Source of the DNA: Mobula hypostoma
Taxonomy: Eukaryota
Direction of reading: 5' to 3'
Assembly: GCF_963921235.1 (NCBI RefSeq)
Contig: NC_086099.1
Location: 57,288,001 to 57,352,000 of the forward strand
Length of the DNA: 64,000 nt
Shown: one piece after another, positions 50,648-63,833 of the stretch
Layout of the letters: each line of letters opens with the position of its first letter
Numbering within the stretch: position 1 is the first letter of the stretch
Program-made: the position numbers and the translations under genes
The notes under the pieces: model-generated
Seen by the model: the letters and a program-made list of their open reading frames with translations, nothing else
Database searches by the model: none
Told to the model about the DNA's origin: nothing

Positions 50648-50934
50648 GGATTTTGCAGTAGTTGGGCAGATATTTCTTCAAGCTAGCCTAGTTAAGATCC
50701 TTAACAAAGATGTAAAAGGTTTCTGTGGTATTGCAGAGCTTGTTTGCAAAACTGTGTATTTAACTTCAAGCTGATTACTGCTTTCCATTTATATTTTAAG
50801 AACTCTAAATAGACTCCCATTTATGAAGAGAAACTAAACAAACCAATATTAGTTGGAGTTTACATACAACTGTTTGTGATTTTACAAATGGTAGATACTG
50901 TGTTTAGAAGCAATATTAGCAAACAATAAAGGGG

Positions 50935-51570
50935 TCTATTGTGGTAACAAATTTGACAAATTCCCCACCCTCTGGCTAAAGATATTACTCCATTCAAAAC
51001 AGAGATGTGAAGAAGAAAATTTTTAGCCAGAAAGTGGTGAATTTGTGGAATTTATTATCATGCGCAGCTGTGGAGGCCAGGTTTTTGGGTGTATTTAAGG
51101 CAGAGATTGACAGGTTCTTGATTGGACTTGGCACCTAAGGTTAAGAGGAGAAGGCCTGGAAGTGGGAATAAGGAGGGGAGAAAAAGGATCAGCCATGATT
51201 GAATGGACGAAATGGCCTAATTCTTCTCCTATGTTTTATGGTCTTGTTGGCCAAGAAGTGAATATCCACCACAAGGATGATTGGAGAAAGGAATGGGGGA
51301 TATCAGTGGTAGTGTTTTTATGCAGAGATTGGTAAGTGCATGGAGTACACTGACAGGAATGGTTGTAGAGGCAGATAAATTAGGGACAATTAAGAGATTC
51401 TTAGATAGATATGGATGAAGGGAAAGTTGAGGGTTTTGTGGGAAGGGATGATTAAATTCTTGAAATAGGTTAAAAGGACAGCACACAACGTGGGCCAAAG
51501 GGCCTGTACTGTGATGTACTGGTCTATGTTCTATGTTCCATGTTCTATAGTCTGTGTTCTATATTCTATG
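50935..51570 (+). mobile_element. Two CR1 3' ends, the first with a short inverted 5' piece
   Basis: 50935-50988 is the reverse complement of the ttagccagaaagtggtgaatttgtgg region; (tgttcta)n tail at ~51525-51570. Confidence 0.7.
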
Positions 51571-52829
51571 CAGCCAATGAATACAAGTGGTACTTCTTTA
51601 CACTTAACAAGCAGGAAAAATGGCAGGTAGCACCAATTTAATATACAGCCCGCAACATAATAAATAAGGTCCCTGTGCCTGTTTAGCAGTTATTTAAGTA
51701 AACTCCCAATAAGTCAGTATATGTCAGCTTTTTCAATTCCTTTATCACTAGTTTAAATTAAATGCATCAATTTCTTTATTAAAAGAGAAAACTAGAAACA
51801 TTGCTAGATGTTAAACATTCAGCATTCATTTCAACATTTTGTTATTATTTAAACCTTCTCAAAATCATTGTTTCATGTGATAGAAATCCAATAATAAAAT
51901 TGTGATTAAAGATACATATATCGTTTGACAATATAAACAGACATGAGGACTGAATTTCGCTGACCTGAGAAATTGCCTGCAGTCTGGGTCCACAATCTAT
52001 TATATATGTGCTGATTACTACTGTCACTCTGACATTCCCTGCAGATATTGACAGCCCTGATATGGACAATGAAACCTTTCTCCTGTTTACTATATAATAA
52101 TGAAAGGACCACTGTAACAAGCACCAATACAAGCTGAACATGGCACTCAATGTTAGAGGACACAATGCAGCTGCAACAGGCCATCCATCTGCATTATGTG
52201 AGCTGGGCACCATGGTTAAATCTAGATATAGTCATACTACCTTAATTTTATTGACAAACTGAGTAAAGTCATTGTAACTCAACACTTCCGCACCTCCCCC
52301 CCCCAACCCCCGCCCAATTTCTATTTCCCAATACTGGCAGTTTCATAGTTGCCATGGTAGGATAGTAGAAAGGCTGAAATAAAAGAAGTTACTGCATTCA
52401 TATCTTCTTTATTTAAAATGGCAGCTGCAAATAGTTTTGAGGACAATAAAACTTTGCATAAGATGATAGACATGTTTCAGAAAATTCCTCTAGATGAGTT
52501 TTGAAGTTACCTTAGCTGGATATTATCAACTCAACTTTATTATCAAGTATCTTTGGGGGATAAAGAGCATAAAAATAGGCTTGAAACAATGACTTTCAAT
52601 GAGACTGCAACAAAAAAGTGTGTTGTATTAACTAACCAATCTGCCCTGTACAGACTTATGGTGGCAGTGCAGCCCAGATAGAACTTTTAATGCAGCCCTG
52701 AGAAAAAATGCATTTGCAGTAGTCACGCTGTCACTGTGGGATCATGTGCAGTTCTCCTGTTGTGTGTAGTTCTTACTGGGGGATTTACTGTTTCTCTTTC
52801 TCCTCTGGGTTCACTGCCATTCCATGTTT

Positions 52830-53290
52830 TTAAGATTTAGACTACCTACAGCAAGGCATTGGAAAAATACTTCAGGTACCTTCACTGCAAAATCCTCCAA
52901 CGTTATTGGAATGTTAAGCAAACCAAAATGAGTGTCTCTCCCAGGCCAACATCCTCACCATCAAGGCCAAAATTGCACTCCGCCAGCTCTGTCATTGGTA
53001 TGCCCTGGATCAGACTTGTGGATTAGACTTTTTGTTCTCAATTCTGTGATGGGAAGAGATTACACGGTGGACTGAAGAGACTGAAGAATATGACCAAAAT
53101 TTCCTTGGAGAAATGCACCATCCATTCTGACATCTAGGAATCTCTGGCCCATGACTACTCCAACAGGTAAAAGAGGATTCAGGAAGGTACCTCCATGCAC
53201 TGTGAGAACACAAAAGCTTTGCATTAGCATTAGAGGGAGCTGACCTCCTCACAAGCTACCTCCACGTTCACCCTGCTGTCTACTACCTAC
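52830..53290 (+). mobile_element. Ancient RTE LINE C-terminal remnant
   Basis: Degenerate match to the LRxILxIxW...QANIxSIEA...QLRW...GGQxKR region, cf. 56500-56830. Confidence 0.45.
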
Positions 53291-54679
53291 CCTTCTGTGC
53301 AAGAGGTTGCCACATTGATCCTATTAGTCACCCCAGTTCCACAAATTCTGAGAATTAAGTTATCCTCAATACCATAGGATGTGTAAAAAGAACTGGCTTG
53401 CTGTAAAAACCAATGTGGTTTATTAATGTCCTTCAGGAAGAGAAATCCTCCATTCTCATCTGGTCTGTCCGATGTGTGACTCCAGATGCACAGTAATGCA
53501 GTTGGTTCTAACTGAGCATCTAAAATGGTCTACTAGGACCCCAGTGATGATAAGACAGGAACAAATAACATTGGATTTGGAAGGGAATGCCAAAATCCCA
53601 AGTCTTGGCTAAGTATTATCAATGGAAATGATCTAAAAGTAAATTATATTAACTAACAACTGCTTTTAATGGAAGAGTGTATACGGTGGCCAGAGAGGGG
53701 TAGCTCCTCTGGTGAAGGGGCTTGTCATGTCCTTTCCAGGGCAGCTCACACACCTGTGGCTCCAAGCAGCTGTTTGCATGCAATAGCAGCCAAACCTCAG
53801 TGCCCTTCCTTAGCAGGCAGTCTGAACTGGGTGAGGGTAGCCAATCGAGAGACTGGCACTGCCCCAGTGCAATGGCTTTGCCACTTTAAAAATTCTCCGA
53901 TCAGGTCTTCTGTCATCATTGGACAAGATGGACAATCACCACTTCTAATGAAACGTCCAAGCAGTGATTGACTTGAAATCACAATATCTAGCTGTATGAA
54001 CAATGATTTGTTCTATTACAGCAGTGAACAGCAGTGAGCCACTTGACATAAGGGGTCTAAAAACTAATCACTGTATTTACACAGCTGATGATAGATTCCA
54101 CAGTGTTCAAGAGAGAGAAACAAAACCTTAAGATGTGTCAAGGGACCAGCCTCATGTTCTTATCCTGGAACAGTTGCAGTTCCTTTAAGCAGCCAACTGT
54201 CACGTGTAAATGAATGGAGCATTCGCTGGCCATCAACTTGAAGCATTAACTCTTTTCTCACCCCACAGATGCTAACTGACCTACTGAGAATTTCCAGCAT
54301 ACTTCATTTACATTGATAGAGAATGCAGGATCCACCCATATTTATCCAGTGATTGTAATTCAGATCCTATGGTCAAGGTCAAAGAATCCTTTTCAGAAGT
54401 AAGCCATCTCCCAACTATCAGGCAGAGGCTGCTCTCTAACTCACAGCCTAACGGAGGTCAAGGCAAGAAGTGGTCACAGAATGAGCTCTCCAAGTGCAGG
54501 CTACTTGCTTCTCTGCCTTTATTCTGTCAGTCTAGTGATTTCATTTTCTCGAACAGCTTACTGTTAGATTACTAAGATCAAAGCTCAAATTTTAAACTAA
54601 AACTGTTTTCTCAAGGTGTTCATTGGATGTTATTTTTCAAACGTTGGGTCATAATGATATCACAGCAATGAGCAGCAAT

Positions 54680-55455
54680 GATAGTCATAGTCATAAAACA
54701 CTACAGCACAGAAATAGGCTCTTCAGCCCATCTATTCCATTCCAAACTATAAATCGACTATAGTCCCATCGACCTGTACCTGCTGCATATCCCTCCATAC
54801 CCCTGCCATCCAGGTAAACTTCATAAATATTGAAATGAAACGTACATCCACAACTTCTACTGGCAGCTCATTCCACACTCTCACAACCCTCTGAGTGAAG
54901 AAGTTTCCCCTCGTGTTCCTTCAAACATTTCACCTTTCACCCTTAATCCATGACCTCTAATTCTCAATGAATCTCAGTGGAAAAAGCCTGCTTACATTTA
55001 CCCCACCAATACGCCTCATAATCTTGTACACCTCTATCAAATCTTCCCTCATTCTCTCATGCACTAGGGAATAAAATCCTTAACTATTCAACCTTATCTG
55101 GTCTTCAAGTCCTGGCAATATTCTTGTAAATTTTCTCGGCACATGTTCAAACTTATTGATATCTTTCCAATTAGTAAGTGACCAGAACTGCACACAATAC
55201 TCCAAATTTCCAAATTAGGCCTCACCAACAGCTTCTGCAACCTCAACATTCCAACTTCTGTACTCAATACTTTGATTTATGAAGGCCAATGTGCCAAAAG
55301 CTCTCTGTACGATCCTATCTACCTGTGACACTATCTTGAAGGAATTATGTATGGGTCTGTATTTCTGGATCCCTTTGTTGTACCACATTCTTCAGAGTTA
55401 TACTGCTCACCTTGGAAGTCCTACCCCAGCTGGTCCTCCCAAAGTGCAATGCCTG
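54680..55455 (-). mobile_element. CR1 3' fragment
   Basis: Homologous to 8770-9480; (atagtc)n tail. Confidence 0.8.
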
Positions 55456-56256
55456 AGACTGAGAAATTAACCTTTATGGCTTGCTGGCTCGGAGCAGTGA
55501 CCAGGAATCACAAGTAGAAACAGTACTTCGGAGGAATCTACCTTTTCCTGACACACCTCTGATCGTGTGTAAGCAACCATATTACAGCTGGCTTTTCTGA
55601 TAGCCAGCCAGAACATAACAACAAAAGTAATGATAGCAGGAATAGAACTTTCAGCTCTCACCCCGCTCCAATATTCAGTCTTTTAATTGTCAATAGTTTT
55701 CCTCAGTGTCATTTACCCCCAATAACCCTGTATGCCCGATATAGCTAAAAAATATCTTTTGATCTGTCTTGAATATATTCAGTGACTGATTCCCCACAAC
55801 TATCTCTGGACAAAAATTCCACAAAGACTCACTGCTGTCATATGGAGAAGTTTCTCATCCTATCCCTGGATGACCTTCTCTTTATTTGAAGACTGTGGCT
55901 TTTGATTCTGCATACCCCAACCAGGGGAACATCATACTTATATCTATCAAGTCTTGTTAAAATGAAATAGTTCCAATAAGATTAAATCTTATTCTTTTAA
56001 ATTCAGGTAAGTAGAGACCCAGTCTTCTTGATATCTCTTCAATGGGCATACCCACTATTTCAAGATTTAATCATAATTGCAAGTATATCCTTCCTTAGGA
56101 AGGGAGGCAGATTCAGTTTCACCAGGGCTCTGTATAATTCTATGAAGAAGCCTATACATTATTGCTCAAATCCATGTACAATAAAGGCAAATGTGCTATC
56201 TTTTTGTATCCCAATGTTAATTTTGTATGCTTCATGTACACCCTGGGTCCCTCAGT

Positions 56257-59200
56257 CGTGGCTTGGCTTCGCGGAGGAAGATTTAGGAAGGGGGCTGCTC
56301 ACGTCTGCTGTAGGCTCGCTGGTGGCTGACAAGGCCAATATGGGACAGGCAGGTCTGGCAACAGCGGCTGCAAGGGAAATTCTGTTCTGGGTTTGGTGCT
56401 GCTGTGTCACGGTTCTTCCTCCTTCTCCTTTTGTCCTTATTGCCAGCCCTGTGTATGTTCTCGAAGGAGGAGACAGACTGGTGAATAGTGTGTCACCAGG
56501 CCTCACGATCGGAGGCTAGATTAGACCACTGGCAATGGTCAATGTGACAGGCACAAAGGGATTTCTTCAGAGAGTCCTTGTACCTCTTCTTCGGTGCCCC
56601 TCTGTCATGGTGACCAGTGGAGAGTTCACCATACAGCACAATCTTGGGCAGGCGATGATCTTCCATCCTGGAGACGTGCCCTACCCAGCGTAGCTCTGTC
56701 TTCAACAGCATGGCCTCAACGCTGGTGACCTCCGCCTGTTCGAGGACGTCGACGTTGGTGACGAAGTCACTCCAGTGTATGTTGAGGATGGTGCGGAGGC
56801 AGCGCTGGTGGAAACGCTCAAGGAGTCATAGGTGGTGACGGTAGGTGACCCACGACTCGGAGCCATACAGGAGGGTGGTCAGTACAACAGCTCTGTACAC
56901 ACTGATCTTTGTGCCTTTCTTCAAATGCTTGTTGTTCCAGACTCTGTTGCACAGCCTGCCGAATGTGCTGTTTGCCTTTGCCAGTCTGTTGTCAATCTGT
57001 TTGTCGATCTTGGCATCTGACCCGATGGTGCACCCCAGGTAGCTGAACTGGTGGACTGTCTTCAGCTCTACCTCACTGATGGTGATGCAGGAAGTATGGT
57101 AATCTTCCTGAGATGCAGACTGATGGAGAACTTGTCTCCTTCAAACTGACTTCCAGTCCGAAGAGCTTGGCAGCCTCTGCGAAGCAGGATGTTATACGCT
57201 GCAGGGCTGTGTCTGTGTGGGCAACAAGGGCAGCATCATCGGAGAAGAGTAGCTCTCGGATGAGTTACTCCAATGTCTTGGTGTGGGACTGTAGTCGCCT
57301 CAGGTTGAACAGGCTGCCATTGGTGCGGTATTGGATGTAGACACCATCCTCATCTTCAAGGTCTTCTGTGGCCCTTTCGAGCATCATGCTGAAGATACTG
57401 AAGAGAATCGGCACAAGAACGCAGCCTCGCTTTACTCCATTGCCTATTGGGAAGGGCTCTGAGAGGTCGTTGTTGTGTCTGACTTGGCCACGCTGATCTT
57501 CATGTAGCTGGATGACCATACTGAGGAACTTTGGGGGGCATCCCAGTTGTTCCGTGATTTGCCACAGACCTTCCCTGCTCATGGTGTTGAACACTTTGGT
57601 AAGGTTGACAAACGTCACGTACAATCCCTTGTTCTGTTCCCTACATTTCTCTTGGAGCTGCCTGAGAACAAATACCATGTTGGTGGTGCTCCTGTTGGCT
57701 CCGAAGACACACTGGCTCTCTGGGAGGTGTTCTTCTGCAATGATGACCACCAGTCTGTTCAGGAGTACTCTTGCGAGGATTTTTCCTGCGATAGAGAGAA
57801 GAGTTATCCCCTGGTAGTTGGAGCACTCAGACTTTTCCCCCTTGTTCTCATACAGGGCGATGATGACTACATCACGGAGGTCCTCTGGTAGTTTACCTTG
57901 TTCCCAGCAGCAGACAAAGAACTCGTGGAGTTTGGTGTGTAACGCTGGGCCCCCATGCTTCCAAATCTCAGGTGGGATTCCATCATCTCCTGCTGCCTTG
58001 CCACTTTTCAGCTGCTCTATGGCCTTGACTGTCTCTTCTAGGGTTGGGATCTTGTCCAGTTCTGTTTTCTCTGGCTGTTGTGGAATGCAATGAATTGCTG
58101 AGTCTTGGACAACGCAGCGGGCGCTGAAGAGAGTCTGGAAATGTTCCGACCACCGATTCAGGATGGACTCCTTGTCTGTGAAGAGCACCTGACCGTCTGC
58201 ACTGCACAAGGGAATCTGGTCCTGGTGCGAAGGGCTGTACACCGCTCTCAGGGCTTCATAAAACCCCTGTAGTTACCGGTGTCTGCACAAAGCTGAGTTC
58301 TCTTTGCGAGGTTGGTCCACCACATGTTCTGAATCTCTCAAAACTTGCGCTGGAATTTGCTGCATGCGAGGCGGAAGGCTGCTTTCTTATCGGGACAAGA
58401 CGGCTCAGCAAGGTGCGCCTGGTGGGCGGATCTCTTCTTCACCAGCAATTCTTGGATCTCCTGGTTGTTTTCATCAAACCAGTCCTTGTTCTTCTTTGTG
58501 GAAAACCCTAGGACTTCTTCAGAGGTTAGCAGGATGGTGCTTTTTAGGTGTTCCCAAAGTACTTCTGGAGAGGAGTCTGCAGGGAAACTGCGATCCTGAA
58601 GCCTTGACTGAAAATTTATCTGAAAGTCAGCTTTCACTTCAGCTGACTGGAGGTCGCCAACTTGAAACTTCTTCCTTGGAGCGTCCCTCTCTTTGGCTTG
58701 GGTTTGAAATGAAGACTGAGTTTGCAGTGAACAAGACGATGGTCCTTATGACACTCTGCGCTGGGCATCGCTCGGGCGCGTAAGACGTCCTGAAGGTCTC
58801 TCTGGTGCACCAAGATATAGTCTATGAGGTACCAATGCTTGGACCGAGGATGCATCCAGGTTGTCTTCAGACTGTCTTTCTGCTGGAAAATGGTGTTAGT
58901 GATGGTGAGTTGCTGCTCCGCGCAGAACTCTAACAGAAGGCGCCTGTTGTTGTTGCAGTTTCCAGCACCATGTTTGCCAAGTATTCCTTTCCAGGCTTCT
59001 GAATCTTGGCCTACTCTGGCATTGAAGTCGCCAAGGATGAAGACCTTGTCGTCTGCAGGGGCGTTCCGTAGAGGTTGCGCAGATCAGCGTAAAACTTGTC
59101 CTTTTCTGCAGGATCCGCTTGAAGAGTGGGAGCATACACACTGAACAGTGCGGCATGCTGCTTGGATCGAAGTGGGAGGCGCATGGAGATGATGTGGTCG

Positions 59201-59751
59201 GAGTGACCCGTTGGCAGTTTTTCAAGTTTGGAGGCAATGGGGTTCCTGATCATAAAGCCAATGCCAGAAAGGTGTCTCTCAGTCTCTGGCTTGCCTGACC
59301 AGTAGAGGGTGTAGCCGGCACCATGTTCTTGAATGTTGCCTTCCTCTGGGAAGCATACTTCACTGAGAGCAGCGATGTCAACATTCAGTCTTGAAAGTTC
59401 ATGCGCAACTAGGGCAGATCGTCGTTCTGGGCGACCACTGTGTGCTGTATCGAGCATGGAGCTGATGTTTCAGCATGCGAGCTTTAGTCCTTGCACTCCT
59501 TGCGAGGCAGGTGTGTACCTTTTTGTTGTTGTTCGACCGCATTTGAGGATGCCCGTTGACCGCGGCTGGCCAACAAGAGGAAATGGAAATGAGCTTTAGT
59601 TAGGCCACCTTTTCTAGGCCCCAGTCCATGTGGAGCAAGCAGTGCTGTCCCTAGAGAAGGCTGCTTGGTCGTTCAAGGATATTGTCGTCTCTGGGGTCAA
59701 CATCAGACGACCCATACACCTGAACCGCCTGCATGCAGGATCGGAACTGCA
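56257..59751 (-). mobile_element. Near full-length RTE-clade LINE (APE + RT, disrupted)
   Basis: LKLAC*NI..MLD, IAALSE, VYAPT, LPESQC, LFSDD and LRWVGHV motifs; 10-bp TSD with one mismatch (gtccctcagt 56247-56256 / gtcccacagt 59752-59761). Confidence 0.9.
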
Positions 59752-60731
59752 GTCCCACAGTATTCTCATCTTAAATGACTTACATCATATATCAAAACTT
59801 TGTTTAGTTTTGATTTGAGACCTTGGTTTCAGATGGAACAATATCACTTTCAGTCTTTACATAAAAAATATCATATTATGATCATGCTTCTCTATAGGCC
59901 CCTCAACTACTGCGTGATTAATGACCCCTTTCTCAATGCACAGTACAACATCAAAAAAAGCCTGCTTCCTCTTTCACTACAATGGCTTTGTCATCTTGTT
60001 TCACACACTTGGATCTATGCATTACACCTCAGAATAATCTAGCATGCCAGAGGTCAGATAGAAAATGCAAGTGTATCCAACTCCCTATCGTGCTCCTAGT
60101 TTTAACACTGAGTTCAGGGTGGCTCTGTAAAGTACTGGGTCAAGATGTTGGAGACATTTTGTATCAGTCGCGGTTGTCACACTAAACATGGTTCCATTAT
60201 TTAGAAGGAGTTTACAGCTTACATAGAAAAGATAGGTAAAGTGGAATATAGTTTTAATATTTGCTTTAATTAATTAATTTCATTTTTTTCAACCGACATA
60301 ATCCAGTTTCGCAGAAATTAGTATTTTTTATTTTTTAAATTTTTGTTCAAATAAATTGTTATTTTGTATATATTTTAAGGCACATTAACTGTTTCCATGT
60401 ATCTCTGATCACTGGGGCAATCTGGGGCAGAAATTTTGTCTGATAATGCCGTGTGTGGACTATACTGTCCTGAGTAAAGGTCAAAGGAGTGAGAACTCAA
60501 GGGTACTGGGAATGATGCAGCTCAAAGGACAAGTGAGGTGGACACCATTCCAAAGGTGTTGAGCTCAAGGCATTGACTGTGCTGATAAACAATCCATTTT
60601 ATTTGGACATAAATCCCACTTTATGAGCATACTCACTGCATTTATGGTACAATAACACGAGTCTTAATCATCTGAAATAACAGAAGTAGAATCTATTAAA
60701 TGTCTTTAAAATGAGAAAAAAGACGAATATA

Positions 60732-61093
60732 CATTCGGTGGCCCCTTTATTGGGTACATGTGTGGAAGCTGGTGTGGTCTTCTGCAGCTGTAACCCATCC
60801 ATTTCAAGGTCTGATGTGTTGTGCATTCAGAGATGCTCTTCTGCACACCTCTCTTGTAACGTGTGGTTACTTGAGTTACTGTCGCCTTCCTGTCAGCTTT
60901 AGCATTTCTCTTATGACCTCTCTCATTAACAAGGCATTTACGCCAGTAGAACTGCAGCTCATAGGATGTTTTTTACTCCTTGCATCATTAACCATAAAAC
61001 CTCGAGACTGTTTTGTGTGAAAATCCCAGGAGATCAGCAGTGTCTGAGATATTTGCAGGCGTAGAGGTGTACCTAATAAAGTGTCACTGGGTG
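60732..61093. mobile_element. Tc1-like MITE
   Basis: TIRs cattcggtggcccctttattgggtaca / tgtacctaataaagtgtcactgggtg flanked by TA. Confidence 0.8.
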
Positions 61094-62349
61094 TATGTGG
61101 GGTGGGGGGTTGTTACGTCAGGGAATTGGTGGTAAAATAGAATCTATCTGATCAATTGAGTATTTGCTGCCAAAACAGTTGGGTACTCTGAATTTCTATA
61201 AAATAAAAGCTAAATTTAAATTTTTACACGGGCTTCTAAACATCAAATGTAACAAACATGGCCCTAAAATTTGGTGTGGGATCTAAAGATCAAATAAAAC
61301 AACACAAAAGGTCAATGTCAAACAGTAGGTAAAGTTCACCCAATTTTTAGTGAGTGAAAATAGCACTGAAACAAACCTTAACTTTTGTCGCTGAAAGGAA
61401 AACATAGGGAATATAGGCTGCAGTTTTGTCAAAAATAAACCTTCACACACTTCCAGCATACATGAAATTGAAATTTAATATACTAATTTTCATTATCAGC
61501 AGCCAGCCAGCAGCAGAATAAAACTGTAGCGTTTGATACATGGTGTGTGGTAACAGCCAGCACAGTACTCAGCTACTCAACAATTACTGTCATGCTACAA
61601 TTCATTTCTGATTGCCTGATGGCTTTTAATGGCTCTTAACAGAGTTCCAAGCAACCGTTATAGTTATATCAGACTTCAGTTCTATTTTGTCGCAACTTTA
61701 TAAAATAGACCCTGTTAGCTGTTAGCATGGCCCGTTTGTTAAAATGATGGCATACTCAATGTGTCCTTCAAAAGCATTTTTTGTAAGGTTCATCAACGTG
61801 CATTAAATTGGGTGAGGTATATTATATGTAGAATAATAGAATCATACAGCACATAGGAGGTCAGTGGTCCATTACACCAGTAGTGGCTCTGTGACAGAGC
61901 TAACAAACTAGTCCAATTTCTCTTCTTCCCTGTACTCCTCCTTCCAGTACTTGTTTAATTCCATTTGAAGCTTTTTATCTGAATTGACCCTTTCAGGCAG
62001 TACCTCCAGATCATAAAGCAATGCTAACAATTAAACTCTCCCAATCTTCATTCTGGATCAGTTGTTAATTTCCAAGAGAAAGTACATTCTGGAACGAGAA
62101 ACATCGGAAGTAGAACAGTACAGCACAGGAACAGGCCCTTCATCCCCACAATGTTATGCTGAGCTAATTAGATTAGTAATCAAGTGGCTACCTAAACTAA
62201 TCTCTCCTGCCTACACAATATCCGTATCGCTCCATTTTCCTCACATTCATGTGCATAGATTTTCTGTAAGTTTGATTGACATGCTATTGTTACTCCTCAA
62301 GTAGAGGCAATGAGAATTTTTTGTCTTATCCTAAAGAATTAGTAATTGG

Positions 62350-62628
62350 TTAATTTTTGTCACGGATACAGAGATACATTGAAAGGTTGATCTTTGTGCC
62401 ATCTAGACAGAACATTCCATACATAAGTGCACTGGTTAGTACAAAAGAAAAACGGTAACAAAATAATAATGCTGCATACCGTATATAAAGAATGTGCAGT
62501 GCGGGTAGACAAGTAAAGCATATGGGTCGTGACAATGTAAACTGAGAGATCAAGAGTTTATCTCCTGTTGAAGAGCCTTGCAACAGCAGGAGTAAAGTAA
62601 TTCTTGAGACTGGTAGTGCATGTCATCT
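62350..62628 (-). mobile_element. Rex1/Babar 3' UTR remnant
   Basis: Reverse-complement similarity to 3865-4065 and 40620-40845. Confidence 0.55.
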
Positions 62629-62635
62629 AACACTT

Positions 62636-63613
62636 CTGGTTTATACGCCTATCAGAAGAGCAATTGTTTATGATTTAATTACAAAAATACATTTAGGTAT
62701 GTCTGATAAAATTAAGAATGAATGGGAAAGAGAACTTCAGGTACCTTTACCCATAGAGAAATGGGAGAAAATTCTCCAACTAGTTAACACTTTTTCAATG
62801 TGTGCTAGACTTGCTTTGATACAATTTAAGGTGGTTCATAAGGCCCATATATCCACAGGATAAGTTAGCTCGTTTCTATGGTCATTTAAATCCTGTCTGT
62901 GACATGTAATTCTGAGGTAGCTTTCTTGACACATATGTTCTGGTCTTGCCCTCTTTTGAAAAAATATTGGAAAGACATTTTGAAATGATTTCAGTAGTTT
63001 TACATATTGATTTACAACCTAATCCTATTACTGCAATTTTTGGATTACCAATGATAGACTTTATTCATTTATCTCCTTCAGCTTGTCGTTTGATTGCATT
63101 TGTTACATTAATATCCAGAAGATCCATTTTATTTAAATGGAAAGATTCTAATCCCCCTACTACATTTCAATGGTTTTCCCAAACTATAACATGTTTAAAT
63201 TTGGAAAAGATTAGGAGTAGTACCACTGATCCTTCGGTTAAATTTGAAGAAACTTGGAGGCCATTTAGTCAACATTTTTATATGATGTAAGTTGACCTTT
63301 TCCGAATCCCTTTTAATAACTTCTTGTTTGTGTACAGAGGAGCAGAGTTAATGCCAAATAATGATTTTAACTGATGAAATATGGCAGCCCATTTTCTGTT
63401 TTGTTTTTTTTAATGTAGGAGGTAAAAACATTTTTTTTGAATCTTTTTCATGGTCAGTTATTAAGGGATTGGGAGGTTTAAATTAAATATATTACTCGGA
63501 GTCTGTGTCTGTATACGTTAACCGTTATTAATGTAATCTCGATCTCTTTGTATCATTATCATTGTTATGTTTATCAATTTGAAACTCAATAAAAAAGATT
63601 GAAAAAGAAAGAA
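62636..63613 (+). mobile_element. L1-clade LINE 3' end (zf-RVT region), 5'-truncated
   Basis: EWERELQ...IQFKVVHKAH...CD.C...LTHMFWSCP; AATAAA at ~63588, A-rich tail, 7-bp TSD aacactt (62629-62635, 63614-63620). Confidence 0.85.
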
Positions 63614-63719
63614 AACACTTGAAATTCTGTAGGTTGGAAAACTTGAGCTATTGCTATATGCTTGTTAATTATTAATATTTTGCATATTCTGATGATGCAG
63701 TGTATACTTTATTGTGCAG

Positions 63720-63833
63720 TTTACTTTATTGTTGCCAAACAATTGATACTAGAGCATACAATCATCGCAGAATCAAATATCGCTGTGATGATTGTACGCT
63801 CTAGTATCCATTGTTTGGCAACAATAAAGTAAA
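63720..63833. repeat. Near-perfect inverted repeat (51-bp arms, 12-nt spacer)
   Basis: tttactttattgttgccaaacaattgatactagagcatacaatcatcgcag / ctgtgatgattgtacgctctagtatccattgtttggcaacaataaagtaaa. Confidence 0.9.

Noticed and set aside
59668-59714. RTE 5' UTR segment gtcGTC-tgatgtt...GAGACgac-aatatcc-ttgaacga echoing the Hero permuted hammerhead
   Set aside because: The invariant core is violated (GAGA instead of GAAA, no CUGANGA) and the region has a better alternative pairing; likely coincidence.
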